Positions 46,316-58,061 are shown, counted from the first letter of the whole stretch. The stretch: DNA of 63,433 bases, filler included, from Stramenopiles sp. TOSAG23-3 (GCA_900128585.1; 47 parts of 47 records of this genome joined end to end with filler, not necessarily neighbours in it); one strand, 5' to 3'. Translations and numbers: made by a program. Notes: generated from the sequence alone by a model not told the origin.

Positions 46316-47302
46316 TTACCCCTGGTCTTGTTGAATTTTTCTGTTTGTCTCCATCATACGATTGTATTCGTCCCGACTTATTTTGCCAGAACTGAGCATA
46401 TCGTTAGCTATTTTCACCAGGTCTACACCATGGTCTGGTCCCGCCGAAACACCGCTGCTCATTCCCCGCGACGACCTGCCAAACATAACAGCAGATTTCA
46501 AACTCTTCAACGACGCGTCCACGGATGCAGCCCCACGGGCTACGCGGTTGATCCATTTTGGTATGGTGCCCACACCAAGCTTTGTGCAAAACACATCCGC
46601 AAAATGGCAGCAATTGCGATAAATCAGGTCGTAAGAGGTGCCGACCCACATCAACGACAAGCCATTGGGTCCACACAACAAATCAATTTCTTTTGGGGTC
46701 AACAAAGAGCTGCCGTCGTCACTTGGAACCTCCCTCCCTCCTGGTGGCATTACGATAGATTCCCTGAACGAGTGCCCCATAACTTCATGTTTAGGCTGCG
46801 TCCAATAAATCCCACCGGCCCCAAACGCCCATTCTTTGCCGTACACTTCCACGCCGACGTGGTACGCACCTCCGAGCAAGTGCCGCGCGGCGCGATTCAC
46901 CGCCAAAACTGCCTTTTGCTGGACGGGAGTCAGTCCACCCGTCACGTCATAAACTCGCAAAGTCACTTGCCGGTACCGAGTCCAAAAGCGCTTCTCTATT
47001 TCTACAGCATCTTCCCGGGTGTCTATGTTCAATGGCGAATCCAGCCAGGTCTTCCACCCCACGTACGCCCCGCCAAACCCTAACCTTTTCGCAGCTTTCT
47101 CTTTCTGTTTGATGCACTCAGTGCTGTTGCCCCCGCCTTTTCCCTTCTTGCCATTTCTCGCAAGCTTGAGCAGCACGATACCGTTTGCGTTTACGTCTAG
47201 TGCCCTCTTTGAATATTTTCCAAACCCTATGTGATACAACCAAGCCGCAGTGTCGATGGGGAGCCAGGAACGTATTGTTTTTACGTGAAAGCTTTCTTCC
47301 CA
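46316..47302 (-). CDS. PPPDE/DeSI-family peptidase (desumoylating/deubiquitinating), 5'-truncated
   Basis: VTLRVYDV, AYHVGVEVYGKEWAFG (catalytic His), YDLIYRNCCHFAD (catalytic Cys), IPKWINR. Confidence 0.93.
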   Translation of the reverse strand, partial: WEESFHVKTIRSWLPIDTAAWLYHIGFGKYSKRALDVNANGIVLLKLARNGKKGKGGGNSTECIKQKEKAAKRLGFGGAYVGWKTWLDSPLNIDTREDAVEIEKRFWTRYRQVTLRVYDVTGGLTPVQQKAVLAVNRAARHLLGGAYHVGVEVYGKEWAFGAGGIYWTQPKHEVMGHSFRESIVMPPGGREVPSDDGSSLLTPKEIDLLCGPNGLSLMWVGTSYDLIYRNCCHFADVFCTKLGVGTIPKWINRVARGAASVDASLKSLKSAVMFGRSSRGMSSGVSAGPDHGVDLVKIANDMLSSGKISRDEYNRMMETNRKIQQDQG

Positions 47303-47402
47303 NNNNNNNNNNNNNNNNNNNNNNNNNNNNNNNNNNNNNNNNNNNNTTAATTAATTAANNNNNNNNNNNNNNNNNNNNNNNNNNNNNNNNNNNNNNNNNN
47401 NN

Positions 47403-48290
47403 ACCTTCAGTTCTGTCCGATTGCGCCTTGTCTCCGTGGAAGACGAGCCATTGGAACACGTTGATACATCCCAGCCATTGGTACTTGGCTCTGAAAAACA
47501 CACAGAATTGAGCAAACTAAATACTGTGACAAAGGACCATGTTCAACGGTATCTTAACATGGTTTACACCGTCGTCTTTGATTCGCTGCATTCAAGGAGG
47601 CAACAGCGGTTAACCATGCTTGCTCCCCGGGTCGCACTTTATTTACAAAAAATGATGGAATATGTAATTCTGCACGGCATTGAAGGAGATTTTGTGGAAG
47701 CCGGCGCTTATCGAGGCGGGTTGTGCGCAGCTATGGCGGCAGTAATAACGGCGTACGGCCAACAGGAGAGGCGGCGAGTATGGTGCGCAGACAGTTTTAC
47801 AACTTTTCCAGACTTGGAACATCCCATGGATGCCGGGTTACACCCCAGGGACACTGCATTGGACATGTTGCCCGTGGATGGCGTCCAGCAAATGCTGTCT
47901 AGGATGGACTTTTCTGTGGCAAAGGCCGGCAGCGACGATAGTGCTTTGATCCAGCTAGTGCCTGGGTTTTTCAACGAAACGCTACCTACAGAAGGCATGG
48001 TGAGCAGCAAGGTTGCATTTTTACACGTAGACAGCGATTTGTATAGCAGCGTGACGGACACACTAAATGCTGTCGGGACGAGCCGCGTCCTTGCCGAAGG
48101 AGCACCCGTCGTGATTGATGATTACCACTGGCATTCCAGTGAAGCAGCGAAGAAAGCGACGCTCGATTTTAGACGAAAACACGGGGTGAAGGAGACATTG
48201 TTTTGCATGGACAAGGGCCCCGTATTCTGGTTTCACAAAGATGCAATGGTCGCAGCAGAAAGAAATAGTCGCGACAACGTTGCTTTATAA
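47403..48290 (+). CDS. TylF/MycF/NovP-family O-methyltransferase domain, 5'-truncated
   Basis: IEGDFVEAGAYRGG, VWCADSF, GFFNETLP, VAFLHVDSDLYSS, VVIDDY. Confidence 0.92.
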   Translation, partial: TFSSVRLRLVSVEDEPLEHVDTSQPLVLGSEKHTELSKLNTVTKDHVQRYLNMVYTVVFDSLHSRRQQRLTMLAPRVALYLQKMMEYVILHGIEGDFVEAGAYRGGLCAAMAAVITAYGQQERRRVWCADSFTTFPDLEHPMDAGLHPRDTALDMLPVDGVQQMLSRMDFSVAKAGSDDSALIQLVPGFFNETLPTEGMVSSKVAFLHVDSDLYSSVTDTLNAVGTSRVLAEGAPVVIDDYHWHSSEAAKKATLDFRRKHGVKETLFCMDKGPVFWFHKDAMVAAERNSRDNVAL

Positions 48291-48750
48291 AAAAAATATA
48301 TAATTATATAATTATAAAAAAAAAAATAATAATGGATAAACCTTGAGAGTCTTAAAACATACTATAATATAATCAGTTTTTTTTTTTTATAATTAGTTTT
48401 TTATAATTATAAGGAGGTTAAAGCAGTGCATGGAATTAGATTTTAGGCGTGAAAGCTTCTTCTTCACCACCACTCTCACTGCTCTCTTCACTGCTACTAC
48501 TGCCACTGCCACTGCCCACCTCCGCCGCCGTCTTCTGAGCAGATCGTTTCGCGGCCGCTGCCCTGTCCCTAGGAGTAGACACGTAAGTATAGGAAAACAA
48601 AATAAAAGTACAAAGCAGAAGGTGAACGTTTTGTTCTAATAGTGTTCTANNNNNNNNNNNNNNNNNNNNNNNNNNNNNNNNNNNNNNNNNNNNTTAATTA
48701 ATTAANNNNNNNNNNNNNNNNNNNNNNNNNNNNNNNNNNNNNNNNNNNNC

Positions 48751-49995
48751 TGGGACAACCCGTTCGTGAAGACGGAAATTACGGGAAGCACGTTGAAGAA
48801 AAGGGCGAAAATGCAGTTCAACTCTGGGCTGTACGAGGAGGCCATCGAGACGTACGAGAAAATTTTGAACGATCCGAAACTGTTGTATAGAGTGGAAACG
48901 AGGGCGGGGGGCAAGAGCGTTGGGGTGGGCGACGCCGGGGCCGACAAGAAAATAGGAGTAGACGATGGGAATTTCTACCGGACAAAGGGGCAGTGCCACT
49001 TCTACATTTACAAGAAAGATGACAGTAGCAAGAACGTACAGAAAGCGTTGGAGTGCTACCAAAAGGCAATCGACGAGCTGAACTTTGTAGACCCAGAGGT
49101 GCTGTGCGAGGCGGCCGAAGTGTACCGGCGCCACAACGCGCACGAGGGTGCCCTGGTCCTGTACGGGACGGTCATCGAGCACTTTCCGCGCTTCAAGGGC
49201 ATCACGACCGCGGCAATGAACGCCGTCTGCTGCATGTTTCGCACCGGCACGTTGGACCAAGCCACGGACTACCTGTTCTGGTTGGCCGATGCTCCGCCCC
49301 CAGGCGTGCCCGAGGACGTCCTCTACCTACTAGCGGCCCGGGTCTACGAGCTGATCGGGAGGGAAGACCTCGCCGCGATGGGGTTTGAGGACCTCTTCCA
49401 GCGCAAGAAAGCGCAGGGCCTCACGCAAATGCACGACAACTGGGCGACCTGGCGCGACGACGCGGAGCTGTGGCGGCAGTGCAGCGAGCTGTTTTTAGAG
49501 TTAGAGATGTACGAGCTGTTGGACCACTGCAATGCCCAAACGTTTAGATGCTCCCCCTTTCACACGGGGAGCTTTTTCGCCCACTGGGCGCACACCAACT
49601 CTCTGATGGGGGACACTGCGACGGCCGAAAAGCACTTGAGGAGTATTTTCAAGGGAGAATTCATCAAGGATGCGTGCGACTCAAAGCGCACGATTACCTC
49701 GCAGGCCGACCGCGACAGCGAGCGGGGGGGCAAGTACGGCAAGCCGCTGACGGGGGAACATTTAGAGATTTTAAACATTGTGGAGAAGAGCGAGTTCATG
49801 CGAAGGTACATACAGAAACGGGTGACCCTGGCCGATCTGAACGCCCGCCAAATCATGGAACAGGAGCTGATGGCTCAGGCGGAGGTGGAAACAAAGTGGT
49901 TCCTGACGGAGCTTAAGATTTGGACCAACGGGATCAAAATCTGCGCGTACGCGCGCGGCCACCTGGCGAGAAACTACCGCCGGAAGGCCTACAAG
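48751..49995 (+). CDS. TPR-like helical repeat protein with probable C-terminal IQ motif, partial
   Basis: GLYEEAIETYEKIL, ALECYQKAI; ICAYARGHLAR at the end. Confidence 0.75.
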
Positions 49996-51531
49996 NNNNN
50001 NNNNNNNNNNNNNNNNNNNNNNNNNNNNNNNNNNNNNNNTTAATTAATTAANNNNNNNNNNNNNNNNNNNNNNNNNNNNNNNNNNNNNNNNNNNNCCGTT
50101 CCAGGGCCTTCTTCCCTTTCCCCTCCTCTACGTCTGTCGTCTTTGAACTACCAATGGTATTCCCACTCTCGGTGGGACCCGGCAACGCCGCCATTTGCTC
50201 AGCAGCTCTAAGGTCTAAGTAAGTACACTGACAACGAACGAATTCTCTTTCGTTCTTCCAGAAATCAAAGCGAAAGGTCCCAACAATCAACCAATCGTTC
50301 TAAATAAAAAAAAAGCAACAATTACCTTCTTTATTTCTTATACCTTCTTGTTTTTCTTTCTATCTTTTTTCCATCATCAAAAATTACACAGAGAAGGAAC
50401 GGGAAAAAAAAGAGAAAGAAAGAAAGAAAGAGTGAAAGAAAGAAAGAAAGAAAGAGTGAAAGAGAGAGAGAAAGAAAGAGAGAGAGAAAGAAAGAGAGAG
50501 AGAAAGAAAGAAAGAAAGAAAGAAACCGATAAGCTATAGCTATTATTATTATTATAACAAATAAATTATTAAATAAAAAAGTCGATTTTTTTTTAATTAT
50601 TATTATTATTTTTTATCTTCTCTTCTTCTTCTTTTTTAGATATTCTTTTTTTTTTATACATTACATAACAATACCATCGAGAAGAAGTTTAATTTTTACG
50701 TAATAATACATTTTTTTTATTTTTTTTTAGAGAAGAAAAGAAGAAGAAGAAGAGGAGGAGGATCGATGAAGAGGGAAGAAGAAGAAGAAGATAAAAAATA
50801 AAATCTATGCTGTGTCTATATTATTAATAAAATTACCCAAAAGAGTGCGAATCTGGAAATCGAATTAATTATTTCATCATTAGAAGAGAATAGCATGGAC
50901 TTCTTTTTTTTTAAAGCGTCGTCGGTCGTCGTGTATTGGAATGTTGGTTACATTTTATTATTCAATGCTATTTCATATTATTCTCCTCCGCGATATTTTT
51001 AGACAAAAAGAAAATTGCGGAAAAAAAAAAAAAACTTCATATATAATCATAGTATTAATACTATACTAATTAATATAAAAGTATATATTATATAGGTAAA
51101 ATATTATCCTTCAGCCGGGTCTTTCATTTTATTAAAGAGCTGGCTTATTATATTAGATCGACTATTTATAAGGACTAATAGTTTTTTAGATACGTATTTT
51201 CATATTAGAATACTATATATACATTTTAACTATAATTAAAATAACGAATCAATTTAAAAGACCAAATAATCCACCTACAATTAAGGATATATTTCTATAT
51301 GTGATTTTATATGCTATGTGTATATAAAAGAGGTATATTTCNNNNNNNNNNNNNNNNNNNNNNNNNNNNNNNNNNNNNNNNNNNNTTAATTAATTAANNN
51401 NNNNNNNNNNNNNNNNNNNNNNNNNNNNNNNNNNNNNNNNNTATGTTAACGTACATAACTTTTTAATTACGCAAAATTTTAATTATAAACCTATACTCGA
51501 ACGTAAGTTCACGTCCCGTAGAAGATGCCTA

Positions 51532-51894
51532 TTACATATTTATAGTGCTTTGACATGTTGGGCAACTCTTTCTATATTTTACTGAAGTCTCTATACATTT
51601 CTTATGAAACAAGCAATTACAGTTCTCTAGCTGTATTTTAGGACCAGAGCTTTCTAAACAAATCGCACAGTGCACATCTGAGCTGGTAATTGCGCCTTCG
51701 ACAGTGAAGCAACCTTCAGGTTTAACATGGGTGTTTGCGATTATACCGACGCTCAGAAGCAAATCATAGAGAACAATGGTACGTTTACTGAGGTGTTTGC
51801 GTTGGATGGCGTTTGCAAATGTTTTAATGCTGAGGGCGCTGGAAGAACACCACGACGAAAAAGCGGCTCGACAATTTCTAGACAAACACAGCAC
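51532..51894 (-). CDS. RING-H2-type zinc finger protein C-terminus; start uncertain
   Basis: CAICLE...LENCNCLFHKKCI...SCPTCQ. Confidence 0.75.
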   Translation of the reverse strand: MLCLSRNCRAAFSSWCSSSALSIKTFANAIQRKHLSKRTIVLYDLLLSVGIIANTHVKPEGCFTVEGAITSSDVHCAICLESSGPKIQLENCNCLFHKKCIETSVKYRKSCPTCQSTINM

Positions 51895-52471
51895 GCGTGG
51901 AATGAAGCCGAAAAGCGTTCTGTTTTACACGACCAAAGAGAGCCTGGAAGGGGCACTCGAATTTGCAAAGGAATACGACCCATGGGCGTGCATCGCGCAC
52001 AACGGGAAGTCATTCGACATGCCCATTGTACTTGGCAACGCCGAACGGTGCGACATACGGTTCGATGTACCGTTCCAGGACTCCTTGCCGATGTTCCGTA
52101 GAAAGTTGCCCGGGCACGACAGTTACTCGCAACCGCTGCTGTACAGGGACATTTTCCATCATGGGTACAAAGCGCACCATGCACTAGACGACGCAAAAGC
52201 ACTGTATGAACTCATGGAACATGCGCTGAAGAAAGAGTCATTGGAATCATTGTTTCATGTGAAGAAGTTGTCCATCAAAGTTCGTCCGAATAGCACTGAT
52301 CTTAGGAGCATAAAGGGCGTAGGACCGAAGAGTGCCGCGATCTTTGTGGAATTGGGGATAAAGAACAAGAAACAGTTGAACGCATGGATAAAAAAGTACG
52401 ACAAGGATCAATTTATGAAAACGTTTAGTGTCGTCCGCCAAACTGTGCGTATCAGCGTGCTGGTTGTGTAG
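51776..52471 (+). pseudogene. DEDDh 3'-5' exonuclease with C-terminal helix-hairpin-helix, lacking ExoI (truncated)
   Basis: ExoII IAHNGKSFD, QDSLPMFR, ExoIII AHHALDDA, HhH DLRSIKGVGPKSA; in-frame TAG at 51767 and no DxE motif upstream. Confidence 0.65.
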
Positions 52472-52786
52472 TGTGTAATACACCCCTACCAAATTGCCCA
52501 ACAGAACCACCAGAAAGATATACAGGTTGTTTCCCATGACCAAAATGATACGAGCGATCCACACCAATGTGCTCCTTCCTCAGGTTTCACAATGGACGAC
52601 GAAAAGGGGGGGGGCGGGTTGCACCTTTTAGATGCCAGCTTGAGGGGGATCGGACAGGTATTTTTCTGTAATTCTCCAGTGTCTGGNNNNNNNNNNNNNN
52701 NNNNNNNNNNNNNNNNNNNNNNNNNNNNNNTTAATTAATTAANNNNNNNNNNNNNNNNNNNNNNNNNNNNNNNNNNNNNNNNNNNN

Positions 52787-53302
52787 GACGTCGCTAAAGA
52801 GGAAAAGGGACTCGTCGCTAAAGGCAAAGACGTCGCTAAAGAGGAAAAGGGACTCTTCGATAAAGACGTTAGAGACGTCGCTAAAGACGGGTACAAATGG
52901 TTTACCGATTGGGGAAAAAAGAAATTAAACGGCGCCAAAGACCAATGGGACTCATGCACGCTTGACGGAGCAGTCAACAAAGCTGCGAAAGTCGCAAAAT
53001 GGACAGCTAAAAGTGCTACTAAAATCTCTTTAGCAGGAGCTGAAGGTATTAGAGAAGAAACAGCTAATTCAAACGTAGGAAGGTTGGCAATAGTTTACGT
53101 TGTGCTTGAATATTTCCAAGTAGTCTTACCGTATTTCGTGTTATTGGTACAGGTGTATTGGGTCTGGAACAGCCGAAGGTCCTACCCGCTAGAAGCGCGA
53201 GTAAAAGCGCTAGAAGCGCGAGTAAAAGCGGTAGAAGCGCTATCGCAAAAGCAAAAGGTGCTTATTTCATCAGATTCAGCCCCAAGGTTAACTGCTTCTT
53301 AA
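52787..53302 (+). CDS. Hypothetical membrane protein C-terminus with DVAKEEKGL and LEARVKA repeats
   Basis: Frame open from contig start; hydrophobic segment LAIVYVVLEYFQVVLPYFVLLVQVYWVW; stop overlaps the convergent gene. Confidence 0.65.
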   Translation, partial: DVAKEEKGLVAKGKDVAKEEKGLFDKDVRDVAKDGYKWFTDWGKKKLNGAKDQWDSCTLDGAVNKAAKVAKWTAKSATKISLAGAEGIREETANSNVGRLAIVYVVLEYFQVVLPYFVLLVQVYWVWNSRRSYPLEARVKALEARVKAVEALSQKQKVLISSDSAPRLTAS

Positions 53303-53624
53303 TGCGGGAAGTCATTTTCATCTCTTGACCCTGAAACGTGAACATATCGCCGACCTCGACTTTATTTAACTTACGAAGTTCGGACTTCTTGAATTTGTAA
53401 TCTTCTGGAGCTTTTAAGCTCTTATGAAGTCCGCCTTTCTTGAAGTGTATCTTTTTGCCTCCTAGTTCGGCTACGCCTTTTTTTTTACCTTTGGTGGTGG
53501 GAGCGGCTTTAGTAGCAGTGCCTTTACCTTTGTAGGATGCTTTTGCTGCACTCATTGCTTGCTTGTACGAAACTTTATGCTTCTTCGCGTAGGCTTTTAC
53601 ATGTGTAATCCAACTTGAAACCAT
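53262..53624 (-). CDS. Small Lys-rich basic protein (WITHVKAYAKKHKVSYKQAM), virus-like
   Basis: Complete 120-aa highly basic ORF with TATATAAG 16 nt upstream. Confidence 0.8.
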   Translation of the reverse strand: MVSSWITHVKAYAKKHKVSYKQAMSAAKASYKGKGTATKAAPTTKGKKKGVAELGGKKIHFKKGGLHKSLKAPEDYKFKKSELRKLNKVEVGDMFTFQGQEMKMTSRIKKQLTLGLNLMK

Positions 53625-53669
53625 GATGTATATAACAATACTTATATAATATTTTTTGTTATATGACGA

Positions 53670-54029
53670 CTATATAAGTTGACGTTCAATATCTTCTAAA
53701 GCTCCCATCATTTCATAATACTCACTAGCCTCGTTAGAAGGACCAGCTTGATTTGCTTTCTTCTTCTTCGGCGCTGCTTTCTTCTTCTTAGGCGCTGCCT
53801 TCTTCTTCTTAGGGGCTGCTTTCTTTTTAGGCGCCCTTGCTGGCGTTTTTCTTACCAGTCTTCTTTGGTAAGATATTCTACCGTCTGGTTCTTCTACTCT
53901 TGTTAATCTCTTTCTAGGCTTTTTCTTTTGTTTCCCGCATTTGTGTGTTCTAGCACACGCGTGATAAGCTTGTACTCCTTTATTGCGCTTGATGAAACCA
54001 GCAACTGCTCTCTTAGCTGCTTCTCTATC
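53670..54029 (-). CDS. Lys/Arg-rich protein with histone-H1-like AAPKKKK repeats, 5'-truncated
   Basis: My translation ...RKTPARAPKKKAAPKKKKAAPKKKKAAPKKKKANQAGPSNEASEYYEMMGALEDIERQLI*; missing from the ORF track. Confidence 0.75.
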   Translation of the reverse strand, partial: DREAAKRAVAGFIKRNKGVQAYHACARTHKCGKQKKKPRKRLTRVEEPDGRISYQRRLVRKTPARAPKKKAAPKKKKAAPKKKKAAPKKKKANQAGPSNEASEYYEMMGALEDIERQLI

Positions 54030-54438
54030 TNNNNNNNNNNNNNNNNNNNNNNNNNNNNNNNNNNNNNNNNNNNNTTAATTAATTAANNNNNNNNNNNNNN
54101 NNNNNNNNNNNNNNNNNNNNNNNNNNNNNNTTTCAAATGCAGCAAGAAACGATCGAAGGGCTCGAGAACGACGTGGAAGAGCTCAGCGAACTGAAAGTTT
54201 TGGAGTTGGCAGAGAACTACTACGTGTCCACCCAGAACGGGTACAATTAGGGGGAAGGAGGGAGAGGACGCCATCGACGACGAATGTTTGTTGTTTGGTT
54301 TAAATATTGGGCTGGGATCAAATTACAAGAGTAAGAATTGAAATTATAAAGAATTATATCATTAGTTTTTTATATATTTTAGTAAGTATTATTGAAAAAT
54401 GCTTTTTAGTATTAATACGCCCCCTCCCTCCCTCACGC

Positions 54439-55170
54439 TCACTTCCGATGGGCTTCATCGTCGTGAAGGTACAACAGTTGAAGCCGCGATGCGTCGTGGG
54501 GATTGATGCTCTCGGCCGCAAGCTCGACGGTAAGACCAAGGCGCTCGGCACGGTCGATCATACTGCTCTCCCGGTCCATTTCCTGCTGGATCACGTTGAC
54601 CCCGCAGTCGATCGCCGTCCGCCGGCTCAAGGTCGGCAACGGCTTCTCCCGAAAGTGTTCCCAAGGGTCGTAGTCCTCCGGCTTCGACGGGGCGGCGGCC
54701 GCCTGCGCGTGGCCCGTTTCCTCCCGCCGCCGCTCCCGCTTCTTCTGTATTTCGTCTATCTTTGCCCGGTGGCTGTCCGCGACCAGCTGGCCCAGCGCGT
54801 TTTTTAACCTGCCGTTGTCAATGTCACGGTTCCCGTGCTTGATCATCACGGCACGACGCCCATTGCGAAGGTCTTCCGGCCGCTTGCCTTTCTCCTTCAA
54901 CTCTTTCTTCACCCGCTTCTTAAAGCTGGAGAGTTTCAACCCAGACCGAATCTCCCCTCGTTTCTCCCCGCCAAACAGTTTTGCAAACTGAACCCCTTCC
55001 CCGTCGTGATTTGAGTAATCGACACCCACCTTTGCCTTGTGCTCCGTCCGTCGAATCACCTCTTCCATCACTAGTTTCTCTTGCTCCGCTTTGCTTAATT
55101 TTTTCACCCCCGGCTCACCGTCGGAGTCTCCTCGGACACCCAAGAACCGTTCCAACGAGTCCACGTCCAT
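54439..55170 (-). CDS. Hypothetical charged protein
   Basis: GC-rich ORF with likely start MDVDSLERF, flanked by AT-rich DNA. Confidence 0.7.
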   Translation of the reverse strand: MDVDSLERFLGVRGDSDGEPGVKKLSKAEQEKLVMEEVIRRTEHKAKVGVDYSNHDGEGVQFAKLFGGEKRGEIRSGLKLSSFKKRVKKELKEKGKRPEDLRNGRRAVMIKHGNRDIDNGRLKNALGQLVADSHRAKIDEIQKKRERRREETGHAQAAAAPSKPEDYDPWEHFREKPLPTLSRRTAIDCGVNVIQQEMDRESSMIDRAERLGLTVELAAESINPHDASRLQLLYLHDDEAHRK

Positions 55171-55474
55171 GGTGGGAGAGTAGAGAGTGTATGGTATAAT
55201 ATTCGTCAAAATGAAAAATATACGAACATCTCAACACAATCTCAATCCCTACGTTGATAAAGACATGGAAACGACACCACCGGTGAACAGAAAACAACGT
55301 ATGGAACGGGAAGAACACATTCATTCGTTTCTGCAAGAAAGAGTAAAAATCGGTTTCAGAAGAAGAATTTGAAANNNNNNNNNNNNNNNNNNNNNNNNNN
55401 NNNNNNNNNNNNNNNNNNTTAATTAATTAANNNNNNNNNNNNNNNNNNNNNNNNNNNNNNNNNNNNNNNNNNNN

Positions 55475-55630
55475 GTGCCTCGTCGCGTCGGCGTTGCATG
55501 TGTATTTACCCGCCATGTACGCACAGCGCTCTTTCGTATAGACCCGACGCTCGGTCGTCGGTGTTTGTATTGCAGTTGCATACATAACACCGGGTATGGA
55601 TAATAATAATAATAAAACCAACTTCATCAT
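55475..55630 (-). CDS. Secreted protein N-terminus, 3'-truncated
   Basis: Signal peptide MMKLVLLLLLSIPGVMYA. Confidence 0.55.
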
Positions 55631-56820
55631 GACGTTTTGTTTGGTTTCTCAAGTGTGTTCTGAAGAATGTTTCTGTTTCTTCCTTCTTTTTCTTTTCGAC
55701 GTCTTAAATGCTTTGTAGAAATCTTTAGTGCCTATTGAGTTGGCAATTGATGTTCATCTGCTTGCCAACCATCTAATCCAGATAGACTAGCATTTTTTGA
55801 GCGTAAAAAAGAAGAAGATAATTATTAATCATCATCATCAGCAAGCAGCTATTATTCCTTGGTAATAGTATTAGCACGGTCTTTTTTTTATTTATTATTT
55901 AAAAAAAAAAAAGCTTCTTCTTCTTCTTCTTCTTCTACATACTGTGTTTAAATATCTTCTTTCTTCTTCTTTTTTGTTGCGTGTTAGTCTATTATTACGT
56001 ATATCATATTATAACTTATACCGTAAGTATTACAGTATATTATAATACTACCTGTACTTTTTGGAATTTAGTCTATTTGGGCACACCTTGACTCCTTCTG
56101 GGTGGTACGGTACCCTTGACCCTTGCCGTAAAAAAATGTGCTGAAACTTATTAGTCTAGTCGTCTATTCATATCACCTTAAAAATAATGGTTTGGTTCTT
56201 TTATTATAAGGATTATTTACCGGTAATATTTTTTTTCCACCACAACCACCGAACGAACCAAACCCCACCGAACTTGGCTTTTTTAGATACGAAGCACAAT
56301 AATAATGTTTATAGTATATATATCCAACAAACAATGCCTGTCAGTGTATTTTACCCCCCCTTTTTTTTCAAGATTTGCAGGCAAGTCTTACTTTTATACC
56401 ATACCAACCGGGACGCAACCCCATTCGTTCGTTTGCGATGGACGCGTCTTTTGACTCGTCTGTTTCAGGGTCCGACGCCGGGTTTCAGCTGTTCAACGAC
56501 TTGCTGGAGGAGAACGATGCGTATGCCACGGAGGACTTGCAGTGCCGAGATTCGCCTGCAAGGTCCGAGGATAGCAGCGTAGTTGGCGCCGATGGGAGAC
56601 GCGCCGTAGGTGAGGAGGTCCTGGAGGGAACGAGATGTACGCCGGTGGTCGTCTCGTGCTGCCCCTCGTTGAAAATTTCGTGCTTGGGGGCCAAGCAGCA
56701 CGACGTGAAGATGAATCTNNNNNNNNNNNNNNNNNNNNNNNNNNNNNNNNNNNNNNNNNNNNTTAATTAATTAANNNNNNNNNNNNNNNNNNNNNNNNNN
56801 NNNNNNNNNNNNNNNNNNGG

Positions 56821-58061
56821 TTTGAACCAGGTGAAGATTCTAATGTCTTTGATCAAGTGGCAAAAGATTTTGAAAAGCCATATCCAGAAGTGCTAACGTT
56901 GCAGCCTGGCGATATGGTGACTGTATATAAAAAAGGGTTAGGACTAATTTCACATGGATGGTGTTCTGGAGAAATTTTTGGTCATCGAGGTATATTTCCT
57001 CAAGATATACTGGATGCAACTGATGTACATGCACAAATGCATCAGCGTAGTGCAGAAATTGCAATGAAAAAACAAATGTTAGAAAATGAAAAAGATGAAC
57101 TAGAATGGGAAAAAGAACAAGAATATATGAAAGAATGTACGTTTACACCGAATATTAGAAAGACTAATATGAATGTCTATATTACGTTGCCCGTCGTACG
57201 AGATTTTACACGTGAAGATTTAGCACGGTTTAATAATGAATTTAACAGCGATGAACATGTACCATTAATTGTACTTACGGGGCAAATGGTTAAAATTTTA
57301 AAAAAAGGCTTAGGAACAAGTAAAAACTGGTATTATGCGCAAACGCGAGACAAGTTAAATCATAAAGGGTATTTACCATATCGTTGCATTGATCATCATG
57401 GGCATACGCATACAATGCATGCACTTGATCGAAAAAAAGCAATAGAAATCAGTAAATTAAGAAGTGAAAAAGCTGAAGCGGAGTCGCAAATTTATACATT
57501 TCAACCTAAAATAAATAAAAGAAGACAAGAAATGTATTTACCGGCAGATTATAAACGTGCAAGAAGATTGCGTGAAGAGAAAAGACGATTAAGAGAATTA
57601 AAAGAAGCAAATAAGGAACTAACATTTCAACCGAACATATATCGCCCGACTCGAGCAAAAATAGATACAAATGTCAGAATTATTCCTGATCCTACACAAA
57701 TTGAAAAAACTATCGATGTATATGAAGAACTTTTTGGCGAACCAAAAGCGAAACGTGTAGCACCGTCACATGTAAAAGACAGGTTAAAAGAACGAACGAA
57801 TTTAGGATTAAAAAAAGCTTTTGTGACAAAAAATTTTAAATTCTCACGGCCTGGTGCTGCGGTAGAAGTTTTAATTGCAGATTTTGGTTTAAAACATCCT
57901 GTACCCTTGGAATTGTACGTTGGCGATAAAGTAACTGTCCTTGAACATGGTGTTGGAAATAATGGGAAATGGACATTAGGTCATCTAGGTAATATTACAG
58001 GAGTTTTTCCTACAACTTGTATAAAACCAAATAGAAATAATAAAAAAAATAATAACAACAA
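56821..58061 (+). CDS. Multi-SH3 protein with TFxPxI repeats, partial
   Basis: Three SH3-like units (LTLQPGDMVTV..GWCSG..RGIFP; LTGQMVKI..WYYA..KGYLP; LELYVGDKVTV..KWTLG..TGVFP) and ECTFTPNI/YTFQPKI/ELTFQPNI. Confidence 0.85.
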
